Shown: positions 1-12,130 of the stretch, piece by piece
How the letters are laid out: every line of letters begins with the position of its first letter
Position numbering within the stretch: position 1 is the stretch's first letter
DNA from: Camelus ferus
Lineage: Eukaryota
Reading direction: 5' to 3'
Assembly: GCF_009834535.1 (NCBI RefSeq)
Contig: NC_045696.1
Location: 108,936,001-109,000,000 of the forward strand
DNA: 64,000 bases
Notes under the pieces: model-generated
What the model saw: only the letters and a program-made list of their open reading frames with translations
Told to the model about the DNA's origin: nothing
Databases searched by the model: none
Translations under genes and position numbers: made by a program

Positions 1-1155
1 GCTCCCAGCACCTGTCGGCAAGCAGATCGCGCCTCCTCCTAACACTGGGTCAGGTGCAGCTCTCTGCTGTGGGCGGGCGGGTCGCTGCCCCTCCCGGATG
101 CCGCAGTCAGATGTTGCAGACTGGCCGGGTAGGAGGGCGAGTCGTGCCCCCTCCCAGCACCTCGGTCAGGGGCTGTGTTCCTGCCCGAAAGGCGGGGGGC
201 CGCTCTCCCTCTACCTGCGCCGCCGGTAGCTCTGCTGCTCTGTGCGGCTGCGCGCTCCGCCCTGGTCGGGGCTCCGCGCGGGTGGGCTCGGGGAAGACCG
301 AAGGACAGCCCTGTCCCTGCTCCGAGTCAAAACCCAGCTCCTTGTTTGTCTTTGTGGAGCAAGTTCTCTGAGGGACCAGGATTGAAGGATCCTATCTGCC
401 CCGGGCTGCAGGCCAGTCTCAGTCTGGCCTTTGAGGCTGCTAAGCCCTTCCGTGCGGATGCAGGTTTCGCCCCCGCCCCCGCCTGTGCGCTCAGCGAGGA
501 GGATATGGCGGCTGTGCCTGAGCCCCGCCTCTCTTCCCCCGAAAACTTTCCGCGGGTTTTCAGAGATGGGGGTGTGCACCCTTCCCCCGAGAGCACATCA
601 ACCTTGCTGTTTTATGGAGGGCCCAGGTTGTTCTGCCCTGTGTACCCACAGCCACGGCGCGCAGCCCCTTGCGTTCCCCCTGGAGCTGCCTCCGTGCAGC
701 CACTTCCGTCCTCCGCCTGGCTTGTGCAGCCTGGCCCTGCCCGCCGCTGCCGGCCTGCGTCTCAGGCTGGGTGTCGGGGGGACACTCTGTGCCCGTTTAA
801 CTTAGTTCTGTTAGTCAAGGGCTGCTCTGTACAGATCCGAGCCTCGGAGGCTCCTCCTCTGTCCCGCTGGCCTCTCAGTTGGAGAGGGGAGACCCAGCGA
901 GCGAGCGCCAGTCCTCCTTTGCCACTCCCTCCCCGCGGGACCCGTCCCACGCTGCTTTGCCTTTTGTTCTTTCTTTTTTCCTTTTCTCCTACCAGAGTTT
1001 TGGCGTCTTTATCTTTTGAAGAGGGCGATGTTCTGTCAGAGTTCCACAGGTGCTCTGGTTGGCTGAGTGGGTCTGTAGATGTGGGTCTTGGTGTATTTGT
1101 GGGAGAGGGTGACCTGCGAGCAGTCCTTCTACTCCGCCATCTTCTCCGTCTTCTC
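1..1155 (-). mobile_element. 5' UTR of a LINE-1 with an intact 5' end (element continues left of the window)
   Basis: Minus strand begins GAGAAGACGGAGAAGATGGCGGAGTAGAAGGAC, the typical L1 5' start. The segment is CpG-rich and GC-rich. The flank reads CTT|AAAAAACAATTA on the minus strand, an L1 endonuclease TT/AAAA site and probable TSD at 1156-1167. Confidence 0.9.
1134..1143 (+). promoter_or_regulatory. YY1 site of the L1 internal promoter
   Basis: CCGCCATCTT matches the YY1 consensus at the canonical position near the L1 5' end. Confidence 0.75.
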
Positions 1156-1167
1156 TAATTGTTTTTT

Positions 1168-1320
1168 AAGCAATTATTTAACCTCTCTGTGCTCCAGTTT
1201 TCCATCAGCAAAACAGGGACTACAAAAGGCAAACGTCTTGTAAGTTACTGCGGAGACTGAAAAGTATGGGCGAAGTGCTTGGAAGACAGGCTGGCGGATC
1301 GTACCCGGTCGTGAGCCTTC
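1168..1320 (+). mobile_element. MIR fragment, cut by the L1 insertion
   Basis: AAGCAATTATTTAACCTCTCTGTGCTCCAGTTTTCCATCAGCAAAACAGGG resembles the MIR core. Confidence 0.65.
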
Positions 1321-1862
1321 CTCTTCTCTGACTATGACGGCGATTCTGCTTGCTATTTATAGGGGTCTGTGCTGTGATCGTGGTCATAGTTCCACTTTTA
1401 CGTTGCTTGTCCCTGAAGACTTTTGCACTTACACGTCACTGCCAGAGACCCCTGCCCCTTACACACAACATCAGGAGAGTGGCTTGGTTTCCCTTCCTCC
1501 CACAGCAACCTCCACTGTAACCAGAGTTCTTTCCACACCACAGTCCTATGAGTCAGGCTTTCCTGGTTTTCAGGTTTAAAATCCAGGTGCTAAGAGTCAA
1601 AGTCCAGGCCTGCCTGTTTCCTGCTCGTTTGGATTAATTTCCTATTGTTGGATGCTGGATGGTCTCTGGTAGGCAGCATGTGGGGAGGGGAAAGTTTCCC
1701 TTGCCAGGAAAATCCAGTAGGTGATGATGCTAGAGGCAAAGGTACCAGTTCATGAGAAACACCAACAAGCTGGCCAGCAGAGGCTCTGACTCCTAAGAAC
1801 TCACGGGCCGTAGCCGTGCAGGGCTGCTCCTATAACCGGGAGAAAGACCCATTTAGCCAGAC

Positions 1863-2290
1863 TGTGTTTGCTCTGGCTGCTGTAAAAAATGACCACAAAG
1901 TTAGTGGCTTAGAAGCCCACATATTTATTGTCTTATGGTTCCGCAGGTCAGAAGTCTAAAATCAAGGTGCCAGCAGGGCTACCTTCCCTCTGAAAGTTCT
2001 AGAGAAGACTGTTCCCTTGCCTCTTCCAGCTCCTGGTGGCTCCAGGCTTTCCTTGGCTTGTGGCAGAATCTCTCTGATTCCTGACCCCTCTTCACGTGGC
2101 CTTCCCTCCCCTCCCTGTGTCTCTTCCTGAAGGATGTTTGTCACTGGATTTAGGACCTCCTTGGTTAATCCAGGATGATCTGTAACTTAATTATGTCTGC
2201 AAAACCCTTGTAATAGTTAAGGTCATACTTATAAGTACTGGGGGTTAGGACCTCCTAACTTTTTGGGGGGTCACTATTCAACTCATTCCA
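1863..2290 (-). mobile_element. MaLR solo LTR (MLT1C/D-like)
   Basis: GGCTGCTGTAAAAAATGACCACAAAGTTAGTGGCTTAG...GGTCAGAAGTCTAAAATCAAGGTGCCAGCAGGGC...GGGGGTTAGGACC, hallmarks of MLT1 in reverse orientation. Confidence 0.85.
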
Positions 2291-4339
2291 GAAGGAATTG
2301 TTGGATAAATGAATCAATAATTGGGGTACTTGCCTGCTCCTTAGTAACCAGAATCCCATTCTGTGGGGAGGTACATATGGGGACAGTCTATGACTGGAAG
2401 GACCCCTGGGCATCCCCAGCTCAGCCCTAAAGTTGAAGCTGAGCACCCCCGGGGGCGTGGGTGGTCCCTTGGGTCTCAAAACAACACACACACTGGGGAA
2501 CTCACAGCAAGGGACCTGGAGCTGCCGTTGATGGGGGCAGTCCAAATTTGAGTGACAAAGAGCAGAAGGAGAAATAAAGTTGAGGGTGTGTCCCAGGCTG
2601 GCTTGCGACCTTGGCTCACAGCGACCTAGGAAGCCAAGGTGGCTGTGTCTAGGGGATGAGGATGTGGTTGCATTGGAACAAATGGGGCCAGAGCTGGGCA
2701 GAGATGGGCCCAGCAATGAGAGCTGGAAAGGGGCAGTGCCCCACAGAGCTGCCCCTCAGGCCGGCCACGGGGAAGCCAAGTCGCCAAACTCTTTAGCCTG
2801 AAATAGGCTGTCAAGGTTCCTGGACCAACCTCACCTTCCAGATGAGGAAACCGAGGCCCTGGGAAAGATGTGCCTTCCACAGCCATAGCTAAAGCCCAGG
2901 CTCGGCTCCGGGCCCGGCGCCTCTCCTCTGTGTAAACAGCTAGGAAGCATGGCTGGGTCCTGTCTGGGGGGTTGAGATCACCTGACCACGCCACCCAGAG
3001 ACTCTTCCGTCCTGTGATGGTAGAAAACAGACATGATCCAAGTTCAGTGTGACGCTGGAGGGCCGTCTAAAATAGAGCAAACCTGAAACCTGATGAATAA
3101 GTGGATGGTGAAAAATCCATTCAGTGCAACCTTCTGATGGGACACACTGTTCTTTCTTGGGAAAAATGTCTTGCTGCATGTCTGTGGGAGCCAAGGCTTC
3201 AGGATCAGGGGCACCTGCCCAGGAAGACTCTAAAAGGGAGAAGCCTGCACTGCCCAGAGGATGATGCCGGAGGAGGGGGGCATCCAGAGCCTCTGCGAGC
3301 CCCTGGGGGAGGCGCACTTTGTGTGGTTGCGGAGACCAGCAGCGTTAGGGGCAGAGAATGCGTGAGAAGTTCATGTCCAGACGGCGGCAGACAGACGGGG
3401 GACTTTGGACTCCCACAGACCATGCAGTTGGGGTGGGCTTGGGCCCATCCCCCCCAGGTGACCCTTGGATCACGTCTTCCTCTAGCAGTCCACAAATAAT
3501 TGATGATTGTCCTAACAGCTGTGATCAGGGGCGACTTCCTCATAGATAAGGTATGTTTTGAATTGCTTTTCTTTTTTCAGCCCCATCTCTACCCAGTTGC
3601 CCTGGCCAACCCCATTTCAGCTTAACCTCAGCGTGCTCACCATCACACACAAGGGACATGTACACACTCACGTCCGGGTTCACCCCTGGACACGGCACTC
3701 ACTAACTCCCCACTCTCCTGGCCCCCACACCAGCCCCCTCCTCTCACCCAGTGCCAGGGGCGCTTCCTGCCCCCTCCCCTCCCACCTCATCTCTCTGCTC
3801 ACTTCCGCACTCCAAATCGCCCCTTCCTCCGGTTCTGTCACCAAAGCCCACAATTCTGTTCCTCAGCCTTGAAAACTGGTCATTCCCTGGCCCTCCTCAT
3901 GCTCACATCACCATCCTTCTTCTCTCCTTCCCTTCACCCCCAAGGGGTCTTCACGTCCTTGGCACCCACACCAGTGTCCCGTAGCCTGCCTTCAGCTCCT
4001 CTCCAGGGGCACCCCTCCCCCACACTCTCTCTCCCCAGGACTTGGCCCTGCTGACACAGGTGACCACAGAAGTTCCCCATCCTTGTCTCAGGGACTCTGC
4101 CACCCCAATATCCCTTCTTCCTCCCAGCTGTGCCTTCCGTCCAATCACATATCTGACTTAAATCCATCATTGCACATCTCTTCCCTAATTTTCTTCCTCT
4201 CTGTAGGACTGAAAAGTTTGGACTAGTTCATGATTCTTCTTTTTCTCCACCCACCCTCAAGATTCTGCCAGCCACCAAATCCTGTGTCTATTTAATAAAT
4301 ATTGGTGAATTGGATTGAAGTATTAAAAACAACCTTGTC

Positions 4340-4460
4340 ATAGGAGTACAGAGTTCTGAGTTCTAGTCCAAAGACTAACACCGGCTGGGTTATGGATCTC
4401 AGTTTGCCTATCTGTGAAATGGGGGTTTGGACTAGATGAGTTTTGAGGACTCTGGCACAC
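4340..4460 (+). mobile_element. MIR fragment
   Basis: TCTCAGTTTGCCTATCTGTGAAATGGGGGTTTGGACTAGATG resembles the MIR core and tail. Confidence 0.6.
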
Positions 4461-6050
4461 ACTGCTGGTTACCTAAGCGTTATCTGTTCTCCCTGTATTT
4501 TTTGACAGGAACCACGATTCTGCCCTGGGTGCTGATATGCTCACACAAACCCGGCTGCTTCCTGGGTGGCCAGGTCTGGTCTATGGGTGGCATCTGCTGC
4601 ATCCTGTAGGTCCTCCCAGTTCTGGAGTTGTCACCGGCTGGGTGAGCAACCGGTCTTCCATACAAAAGATGCAAAAGGAAAGGCACCTTCTTGCTGATGT
4701 CTCCACGGGAATGGAGTAGCCCGTGTTTAGAGCCTTGGAACTGGGGAAATAGACACTGAGGTCCACTGGGTCCCAATTCCTGTCTCACTCAGAGCCTCAG
4801 GCATTGCTACAAGATTCTCTCTGCTGTTAAGCACACTCTGGGCCCATCTAGAAGTCTCTCCTACCAGCCCCCTCTCCCTTCCAAGCTGGAAGGGCAGGGT
4901 GAAGAACACATGCTTCCTGTCCCCTGGGTCTCTCTCCTCTTTGCCAGGTTTCACCGGACCTTCAGCTGTCTGGTTCCCAGACCCCACCACATACTGGCCC
5001 GTGAAATGTGCCAGACATCGCAGCCCATCACCCTGCACACAGTAGGACTTGACTCTCCTCGCAAGACTCTTGATAGGATGCTCTTCTTAACCGTTTAGGG
5101 GCCTCCGGACACTTTGCCAAGTGTTGGGTGCAGGATGAGGATTCCCCAGCTGTCCATGGACCATCCCCTGGGGACTCTCTCCACACAGAGGCACGGGCCT
5201 CCCTCTCCTCCGAGTCAAACCTGAAGTCAGGAAAGTAGAAGTTAGAAAGTACTGTTATAAGATGCCGCCTAGATCAGGGACCCTTGAAATCGTCCTGGGG
5301 TGCTGACTGGAGAACTTCCTCTTAGGCCGGACGAATGCCCCAGCACAGAGGGCTCAGTGACTGTCGGGAGCATCTCTGTCCATCCTGCCTCCAGCCTCAC
5401 TGACTCCAGCTTCCCAGCAGGACCCAAATCTCCTCCTGTCCCCTCCATGGACCACATGTGCAAGTCTTTCACCAAAGCAAGGCCAGCTCTCCCTGCACCA
5501 CCCCCCAGAGGCAAAGCGTGAACCCCATTTGGTGCTGTTTCACCTGCGACTGTCTGAACATTGTGTTTGGGGACATGCGAAGCAGCAGGCCGGTTCTCAC
5601 AGCTCTTTCTGGCTTCACTCAGACCAGCAGGTAAGCATTTGACATACAGCTACTTAGTGACAAGTATTCGGCTGTGCAGGGAAGTTACCGAAGCTGGGGT
5701 TCCCCTTGGGATCTTCTCCCTAGAGGGAGCAGGCTGAAGGAGGGCAGCGGGGAGGAGCTGAGATTTGACCACAGCCACAGAAGAGGCCCCTTGAGTGGGG
5801 CGGGGAAACTGCCATGTGGAGAGGTGCCCGTCCCACGCATCCTGCACAGGAGACTGAAGAAGAAAGGGGTGATCTCTCCCTGCTTAGAGGCTGAATCAGC
5901 CTTGGAGCAGCCCTGCAGCTTCCCTCAAGCCAAACTGTTCTGTGCATACAATATGGTAGACCCTACCCCTTGTCCCCAGGAAGCCTCCTGGAGATGCCCT
6001 CTGGGAGCTGAGAAGCTGACCACCTGAGGGGCAGGGTGCCATTCATAGAC

Positions 6051-6069
6051 TCTCCACTAGAGGGCAGCT
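6051..6069 (+). promoter_or_regulatory. CTCF motif, forward
   Basis: TCTCCACTAGAGGGCAGCT contains the full CCASYAGRKGGCR core. Confidence 0.6.
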
Positions 6070-7389
6070 CTGGGTGAGGGCATGGCTCTGCCCCTTCTGG
6101 GAGCTTGCTGGGTGAGGCAGGGAGTAGGGTGCTCTGGGGTCAGGGCCGTGACAGGAGCTCCCAGATGGTGGAGGATGAGGCACTCCCCTGCCCTCCTCCA
6201 AGTCCTCCATAAATCAGCTCTCAGGCCACACGGCCCAGGACTCTTCCTCTGAGCTCAGAATAAGCTGACCTCACATCCAGCTGCCGCAGGGGCCCCATAT
6301 GTCCTGGCCAAGGTACTCGTGCTCAGGAGGGAGGAAAGGTGCAGCCGAGATCTGGAGGGAATGTCAGCGTCACACATGCAGCCCCTTGAACGTCCCTCTT
6401 GTGGTCTGCTTTTCCCAGACCCAGGGGGAGGGAGGGAAGATTCTGAAGGGCTGAAAGCTTGCCTGTCCCTAGCTAAGAGTCAAGGGGGAAGGCGGCCTGG
6501 GGCCCTTTTTAAGAATAAAAATAAAAATGCAGCAGAAGTCAGGTGCTGGCCTCCTCAAGCTCTTAGAAAGAAGCCTAATTTGTAGAACACTTAAAATCAG
6601 GGCTGCCCTGGTCAGAGGGGAGTAAATGACTCCCCTCCCCCCGAGCATTCATAACCACCCACCCCCTCCACCCACTGCACTGAGGAGCCCCCAAAGCACC
6701 TCATGGAGAAGTAAAAGCCTCGAGGGCGAGAACACAGTTTGAAAATCTCCATGCTAGCTGTCAGGAGGCCATGGGCGTGGGCATAAGCCCTGGCAGTCCA
6801 AGGTCAGTGCATGGGGGATGGTGGCCTACTGCTGGGTGGGGCTGGGGTAGGAAGCAGGAGGAAAGCCTGCTCACCCTGGGGCAGCCCTTCTGCTGACAAG
6901 ATGAGCCGTGTCATTCACCAAAACCCTGCAAGAAAACTTGCCTTCGGAGTAGATTTGGCAGAAAGGGGCAGCCCAGGGTCTCTGCCTGTGAGCCCCGCTG
7001 CTCCCAGGGCTGCCCCAGGCCCAGCAGAGACAGCCCTGGGGCACAGGAGGACAAGGCTTCGAGGAGTCCTTGAGGCTAAGACACAACATTGCCCGCCTGG
7101 CCCAGCTCCAGTCACCATGCTGTGTGGTACAGGACGCCAGGGCAGTCAGGAGCGTGCCCCAGCCCGGAGGGGGCCTTCACCTGGCAAGTCCTTGGGACTC
7201 AGAGATGCTGTTTTGACACATTTGCAATAAAGACTGAAAAGGGCACATGAGCAGCACACATGCAAACTGTCCCCACACACACGTGCACAGACAGCCTCAC
7301 ATACTCAGGCCTGCCGGTGCACACCAGCATGTGGTTTGCATACGTTTGTGGCCCACACCACAGCGCCCTGAAGCACCATGGCAAAGTGG

Positions 7390-7490
7390 TCAGGAGTGAG
7401 GACCCTCAGCCGAGAGCGTGGCTGTCTAGCCCTGTGTCCTCAGGTAAGTTGTCCTACCTCTCTGAGCCTTTGTTTTCTCATTTGTAGAAG
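7390..7490 (+). mobile_element. MIR fragment
   Basis: CTGTGTCCTCAGGTAAGTTGTCCTACCTCTCTGAGCCTTTGTTTTCTCATTTGTAGAA resembles the MIR core. Confidence 0.6.
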
Positions 7491-8129
7491 CGCATGGGTC
7501 AGAACCATCTGCCTCCTAGCTCACGCTGAGGGCAGAGTGGGGAACTGGCCCACAGAGCCCTAGCCCGGGATCCCTGCTCGAGCAGGGAAATGCTGGCCGT
7601 GCGGATGTCCCGGATGGCAACACCGGAAGCCAGGATGCACTGGCTCACTGTCTCCATGGTGGGCCACGGCCCCGGGCGGCTAGCGCTGCCTATAGGCTGG
7701 CTTTCCAACGCCGGTGGTCCATGGGGAACGAGGCTCCTTAACCAGTGTCAGAAGACCTGCAGCATGTGGACTGTCAGAGGGGTGGATTTGGGCACGTTCA
7801 GCCTGCAAGCTGCTTTTCTGGAAGACCCAGGCGTTTATGACAAGTCCACAATGAGGGAGACAGTGACCACAGGGAGACAATGAGGGAAAAGAGAGCCGGG
7901 ATAAATATAGAGAAAGAGAAACTGTAAATAGAGCGGTGACAGATGCAAAGGGAACGAGCAGAGGTGGCCTGTATATAGAACGCAGCTTGGGAAGACCACA
8001 GAGAGACAGCGAGCCAGAGACCCATGGACAGGCGGAGAGAGGGACCACTGTCCGGGATCACGGGCTTGAGTAGTCACCAGACCCCACAGCTGAGGATGGA
8101 GAATAAAGGATGGAAACGCAGAGCCCTGT

Positions 8130-8660
8130 CTGCCGGTGACCTTGGCGCCCACTTCGTGCTTGGACTCCCCAAAGGCCTTTCCCTCCCGGCAGCTGAGTCC
8201 TTGCCAGGCCGCTGGCCACCAGGCCCACGCCGTGCCCGGGCAGCGGCAGAGCCCACGGGGCGGGCGGCAGCGGGGCAGCGCAGGTCACGGGCAAGCCCAG
8301 GCAGCCGCGGGAGGACGCGGCACCTCAAACAGCTCAGTCCCGCGGCCACAGGCAATCGACGAGGACCTTCGCTTGTCAGCCCTGCATTTCAGTGGCGTTA
8401 CTGAGACCTCGCGCAATTTCTCCCCAGAGAAGGTGCTTTCGTTGAATGAGTCCTGGCCCCGCGAGGCTGCACCTCTCCCGTCTGGCCCAGCTTCACCCGC
8501 TTTGTGAGGGAGTGTGGCGGAAATTCTTCCTGTCCTCTTTTTATGGTTGTAATTAATTCTTCCCGAGGGAGATACATGAACGTGCTGTCCATGTACCTAA
8601 TCACCTGCCATCCCTCCGGTGATTCACCCAGGAGAGGGGTGGGCTGCCGCCCACCGCTGT
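8130..8660. promoter_or_regulatory. CpG-rich non-repetitive island, candidate enhancer or orphan CpG island
   Basis: Dense CpGs and a GC box (GGGGCGGG) followed by TTTATGG and TAATTAATT homeodomain-type motifs. No repeat similarity recognised. Confidence 0.45.
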
Positions 8661-9255
8661 GGAACATCACAGTGGGGAGGGGGCCACAGCAAAGCAGGAG
8701 AACCCAGGCTAGAGGGTGCCTGGCCCCATCAGCCGTCCCTCCTCAGGCGTCCCTCCTCTTGATGGGAGGACCTGGATCATGACACAGGCTCACAGCCCCT
8801 ATGTGTTGAGCACTGACTTCCGGCCCTGGGCTGGCTGCAGCGATGGTCACATCTGATACGGCCTCTGCCCGAGGAATTTATGCCCATGTATCCACATGCA
8901 AGGCATTCTTGGAATGGGATGTCTTATCTTAAAATACCTCCCTCTGAGGGTTCCCGGTCTCCATCCTACCTCTCAGTGTTTATTTGATCTCTTTTCTTGA
9001 TTACTCCTTTCCCACGTGCCCTTAATTGTCGGGGTTCCCCAGGTGCCACTCTTGGTCTTCTTCTCCTGCAGAAAGTGCATCACCCTCCTGCCCCACTGGA
9101 CAAGTGTGCCAGGCCCTGAGCCAGGCTCAGGGGAGCAGAGAGGAGAGAGCAGTTCCTGCCCTGGGGAGCTCAGTCTTCCGGGGAAGCAGCCAGAAACAAG
9201 CGACAAGGACAAGCCCTGTGCTTATGGCATATAGACGTGCCAAGGGGGTCCAGCA

Positions 9256-9438
9256 TTTTTTTTTTATTGTTTATATATATATGTATATATATATACTTTA
9301 TTGAAGTATAGTCAGTTTACAGTGTTGTATCAATTTCTGGTATACAGCACAATGCTCCAGTCATACATGAAGATGTATATATTCATTTTCATATTCTTTT
9401 TCACCGTAAGTTACTACAAGATACTGAATATAGTTCCC
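9256..9438 (-). mobile_element. 5'-truncated lineage-specific L1 3' end
   Basis: PolyT/(TA)n tail followed by TTTATTGAAGTATAGTCAGTTTACAGTGTTG...TACAAGATACTGAATATAGTTCCC, homologous to the L1 tails at 29.4-29.55 kb and 46.9 kb. Confidence 0.85.
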
Positions 9439-9439
9439 A

Positions 9440-10090
9440 GTTTCAGAGTTCAGTCCCACAAGACTGCCCTCCACTTCAGATGCCAATCACAAATCCAGGT
9501 TTTCACCTGTGCTTCTGACCAACCGGCTATAAATCAGAGGTTCTCACGACCCCCTCCTTAGGTTGGATTAATTTGCTAGAATGGCTCACAGAACTCAGGA
9601 AACCAGTTTACTCACTAGATTACTAGTTTATTCTAAAGGATAGCAAAGGATGCAAATCAACGGGCAGAAGAAGACATACTTAAGATGAGGTCCAGAACAA
9701 AGGAGATTCTGTCCCCTTGGGGCCTTACACAGTGGCATGTGGAAGCATTCTGATTCAGCAATCTGGAAGTTCTCTGAACCCCTTCCTTTTTGGGTTTTTA
9801 TGGAGGCTACATTACATAGACAGGGTTGATTGAATCACTGGCCATTGGTAATTGAATTCAACCTCTGTTCCCTTCCGCTTCCCAGATGTGGAGGGTTGGG
9901 GATGAGACTGAAAGTTCCAACCTTCTAATCACGTGACTTGGTCCCCTGGCAACCAGCCCCCATCCTTAGGTGGCCTGGGGGCTTCCCAAAAGTCACCTCA
10001 TTAACATAACCTTTATCTCATTAACATAATCTTTTCACTCTCATCACTCAGGAGATTCCAAAAATTTTAGGAGCTCTGTGCTGGGAACAA
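9440..10090 (-). mobile_element. ERVL-class LTR (MER21-like)
   Basis: CAGTCCCACAAGACTGCCCTCCACTTCAGATGCCAATC...TAATTTGCTAGAATGGCTCACAGAACTCAGG matches recalled MER21 consensus. Internal 20-bp tandem duplication at 9997-10036. Orientation less certain. Confidence 0.8.
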
Positions 10091-10674
10091 CGGGATCCTG
10101 CTGCCCTGGACTCAGGAGTATCTCCCTGGACTGCTGGGGTAGCTCTGCTATGAAAGTTCCCAAGGTCAGGAGCAGGAAGGATGGGCTCTGTGGGGTCATT
10201 CCTCCAGGGGGATGCCTGCAGGGGCAGGGACATTTATTAGCAAGGAGGGAGGAGCTTTGGTCAAACCAGAGATCACAGCAGAGGCCCCGCCCCATCACAC
10301 CATACTGCCTTGGTCAGCATCTGGCCTGGTCTTGGATAAAAATTCTGTGCTCGAAGGAGCCTGGAAGAGCTCACACTGGGAGTGTTATGCAGGGGATGCT
10401 AATGATGATTCAGTCTCCAGAGCCTTGCAAGCCGCAGGATCTGGGGAAAGCAGCCCAGGCAAAGCAGGTGAGACAGGAAAGTGTTATCTGGCTGAGTGTT
10501 ACTTGGCCTTGCTTACAAGTGCCCCCTCCCTCCGACGCCAAGCTAGTGTCCTGCAGCCACTGGCAGCCAGGGCTTAATTAACTGCTGGGAGACTGGACTT
10601 GCCACAAAGCGTCTTGACCCATCAGTACCTCAGGGCACCCACTCCTCCAGTGAGGCCCAAGGCTGGAAGCTCTG

Positions 10675-10697
10675 GTCTGTCTGTCTGTCTGTCTGTC
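10675..10697 (+). repeat. (GTCT)n microsatellite
   Basis: GTCTGTCTGTCTGTCTGTCTGTC. Confidence 0.85.
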
Positions 10698-11168
10698 CTC
10701 TCTGCTCCGCCCCTCCATCTCTGTGGCTCTCCAGGTCTCCGGGTCCCAGCAGGTGATCCATTCACTGCTTGTCTCTCGTTTTGTTTTATCGTCCCACTTT
10801 ATCTTCTTTGTGGCATTTTCCCTTTTTTTGAACAGTTTCTGTTGCTCTTCTAACTAGGAGGGAAAGGAGTGGAAGGAATAAAGGAAAGGAGGGTCTGTCT
10901 GCCTCTCTGCAGGTTTCCCCTGGTTGGACACCCTGACTCCTCATCTGAAGATTTTGAGATGGTGATAAGGTCCACTTGGAGTTTTATATTATTCTTTCCC
11001 CAAACCATTGAAGTCCCACTGATCCTCCTTAACATTCCTCCTTCCCATCCTGCTCTCTCCATTCCCACACCTGGCTCGAGCCCTTGCAGCTCGCTGCTGA
11101 ATCTCTGCAGCAGCCAACAGTCTCTCCAATCCATCCCAGCGAGAATCTGAGCACTTCCCTCCCTACTT

Positions 11169-11353
11169 CAGTGATTCTAAAAGTGTGGCGCCCAGCCTGC
11201 CAGCATCAGCATCCCCTGGGAAGGAGATAAAAAGGCAAATCCTCAGGACACATCCTTGACCTTCTGATTCAGCAACTCAGGTGCCGGGCCCAACATTGTG
11301 TTTTAATAAGCTCTCCATGTGACTACGATGCTTGCTAAAGCTGAAAACCACTG
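11169..11353 (+). mobile_element. MER5A-like hAT-Charlie MITE
   Basis: Termini CAGTGATTCT...AAAACCACTG. 8-bp TSD CCCTACTT / ACCTACTT (7/8). Internal CAGCATCAGCATCCCCTGGGA. Confidence 0.9.
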
Positions 11354-12009
11354 ACCTACTTAAAAGCCCTCGGTGGCTCCCATTGCCAGGCCCAGATTCC
11401 TTGGCACGGCCTGTGGGGCCTCTGGGACCTACTCCCTTCTCTTCCGAGTCCTGCCTCCTCCTCCCCACCTCTTGCCACCAAACCCTCCCAACCTACTGGG
11501 CTTTAACTCCTCCCACCTGCCAGTGGCTCCCTGAGCAGGCGCTGTCCCAGGCCTCTGAGCTATGTGCTCTCGGGCTGGGGTAACCCCCTCCTCCCCTCAG
11601 AGCATACTGGCCACTCCTCCCAGGGTGTCCCCTCCAGCCCTGACTGGCCTACATCCCTCCTGTCCTTAGCTGTCAGCCTGCTGCTCTCACTCCCCCTAGA
11701 CTAGGAACTCTTGGAGGGAAGGACCGTGACTTGGCGTATGTGAACCCCAGCACCCTGGGCATATTTGGCATCTGTTTCAAAGCCATGACTTAAGTAATGT
11801 ACCCTGGGTTGTCACAAGAGCCATGGATGAACACCGGCACAGATTCATGGTTATTTCATTTTACTTTTGACTTCACTATTATGACAGAGGGGTTATCGGG
11901 CCCCTGGAGGATGCACAGCAAGCTCCCTACAGCTCTCCCTGACCAGTGCTCTGGATAAATAGCTTCTGGAGGCATCCAGAGTGAGGGGGGAGAAAAGGGA
12001 GTTAGGGTC

Positions 12010-12115
12010 CAGTGACCTGTGTTTGTCCCCTGGCTCCGCCACTTTCTAAACCTGTGGCCTCAGAAAAAGCTCTGCGACTTAATTTTCTCATCTGTAAAAT
12101 GGGTTGATGGTACTA
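12010..12115 (+). mobile_element. MIR fragment
   Basis: CTGGCTCCGCCACTTTCTAAACCTGTGGCC...TTTTCTCATCTGTAAAATGGG. Confidence 0.65.
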
Positions 12116-12130
12116 AATTTAGGTAAGTCA

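Noticed and set aside
7441..7449. Perfect donor CAG|GTAAGT
   Set aside because: It lies in a MIR core variant with no plausible upstream exon.
7571..7588. 18-bp perfect palindrome TCCCTGCTCGAGCAGGGA
   Set aside because: About 0.25 such palindromes are expected by chance in 64 kb (64000/4^9), and there is no supporting context.
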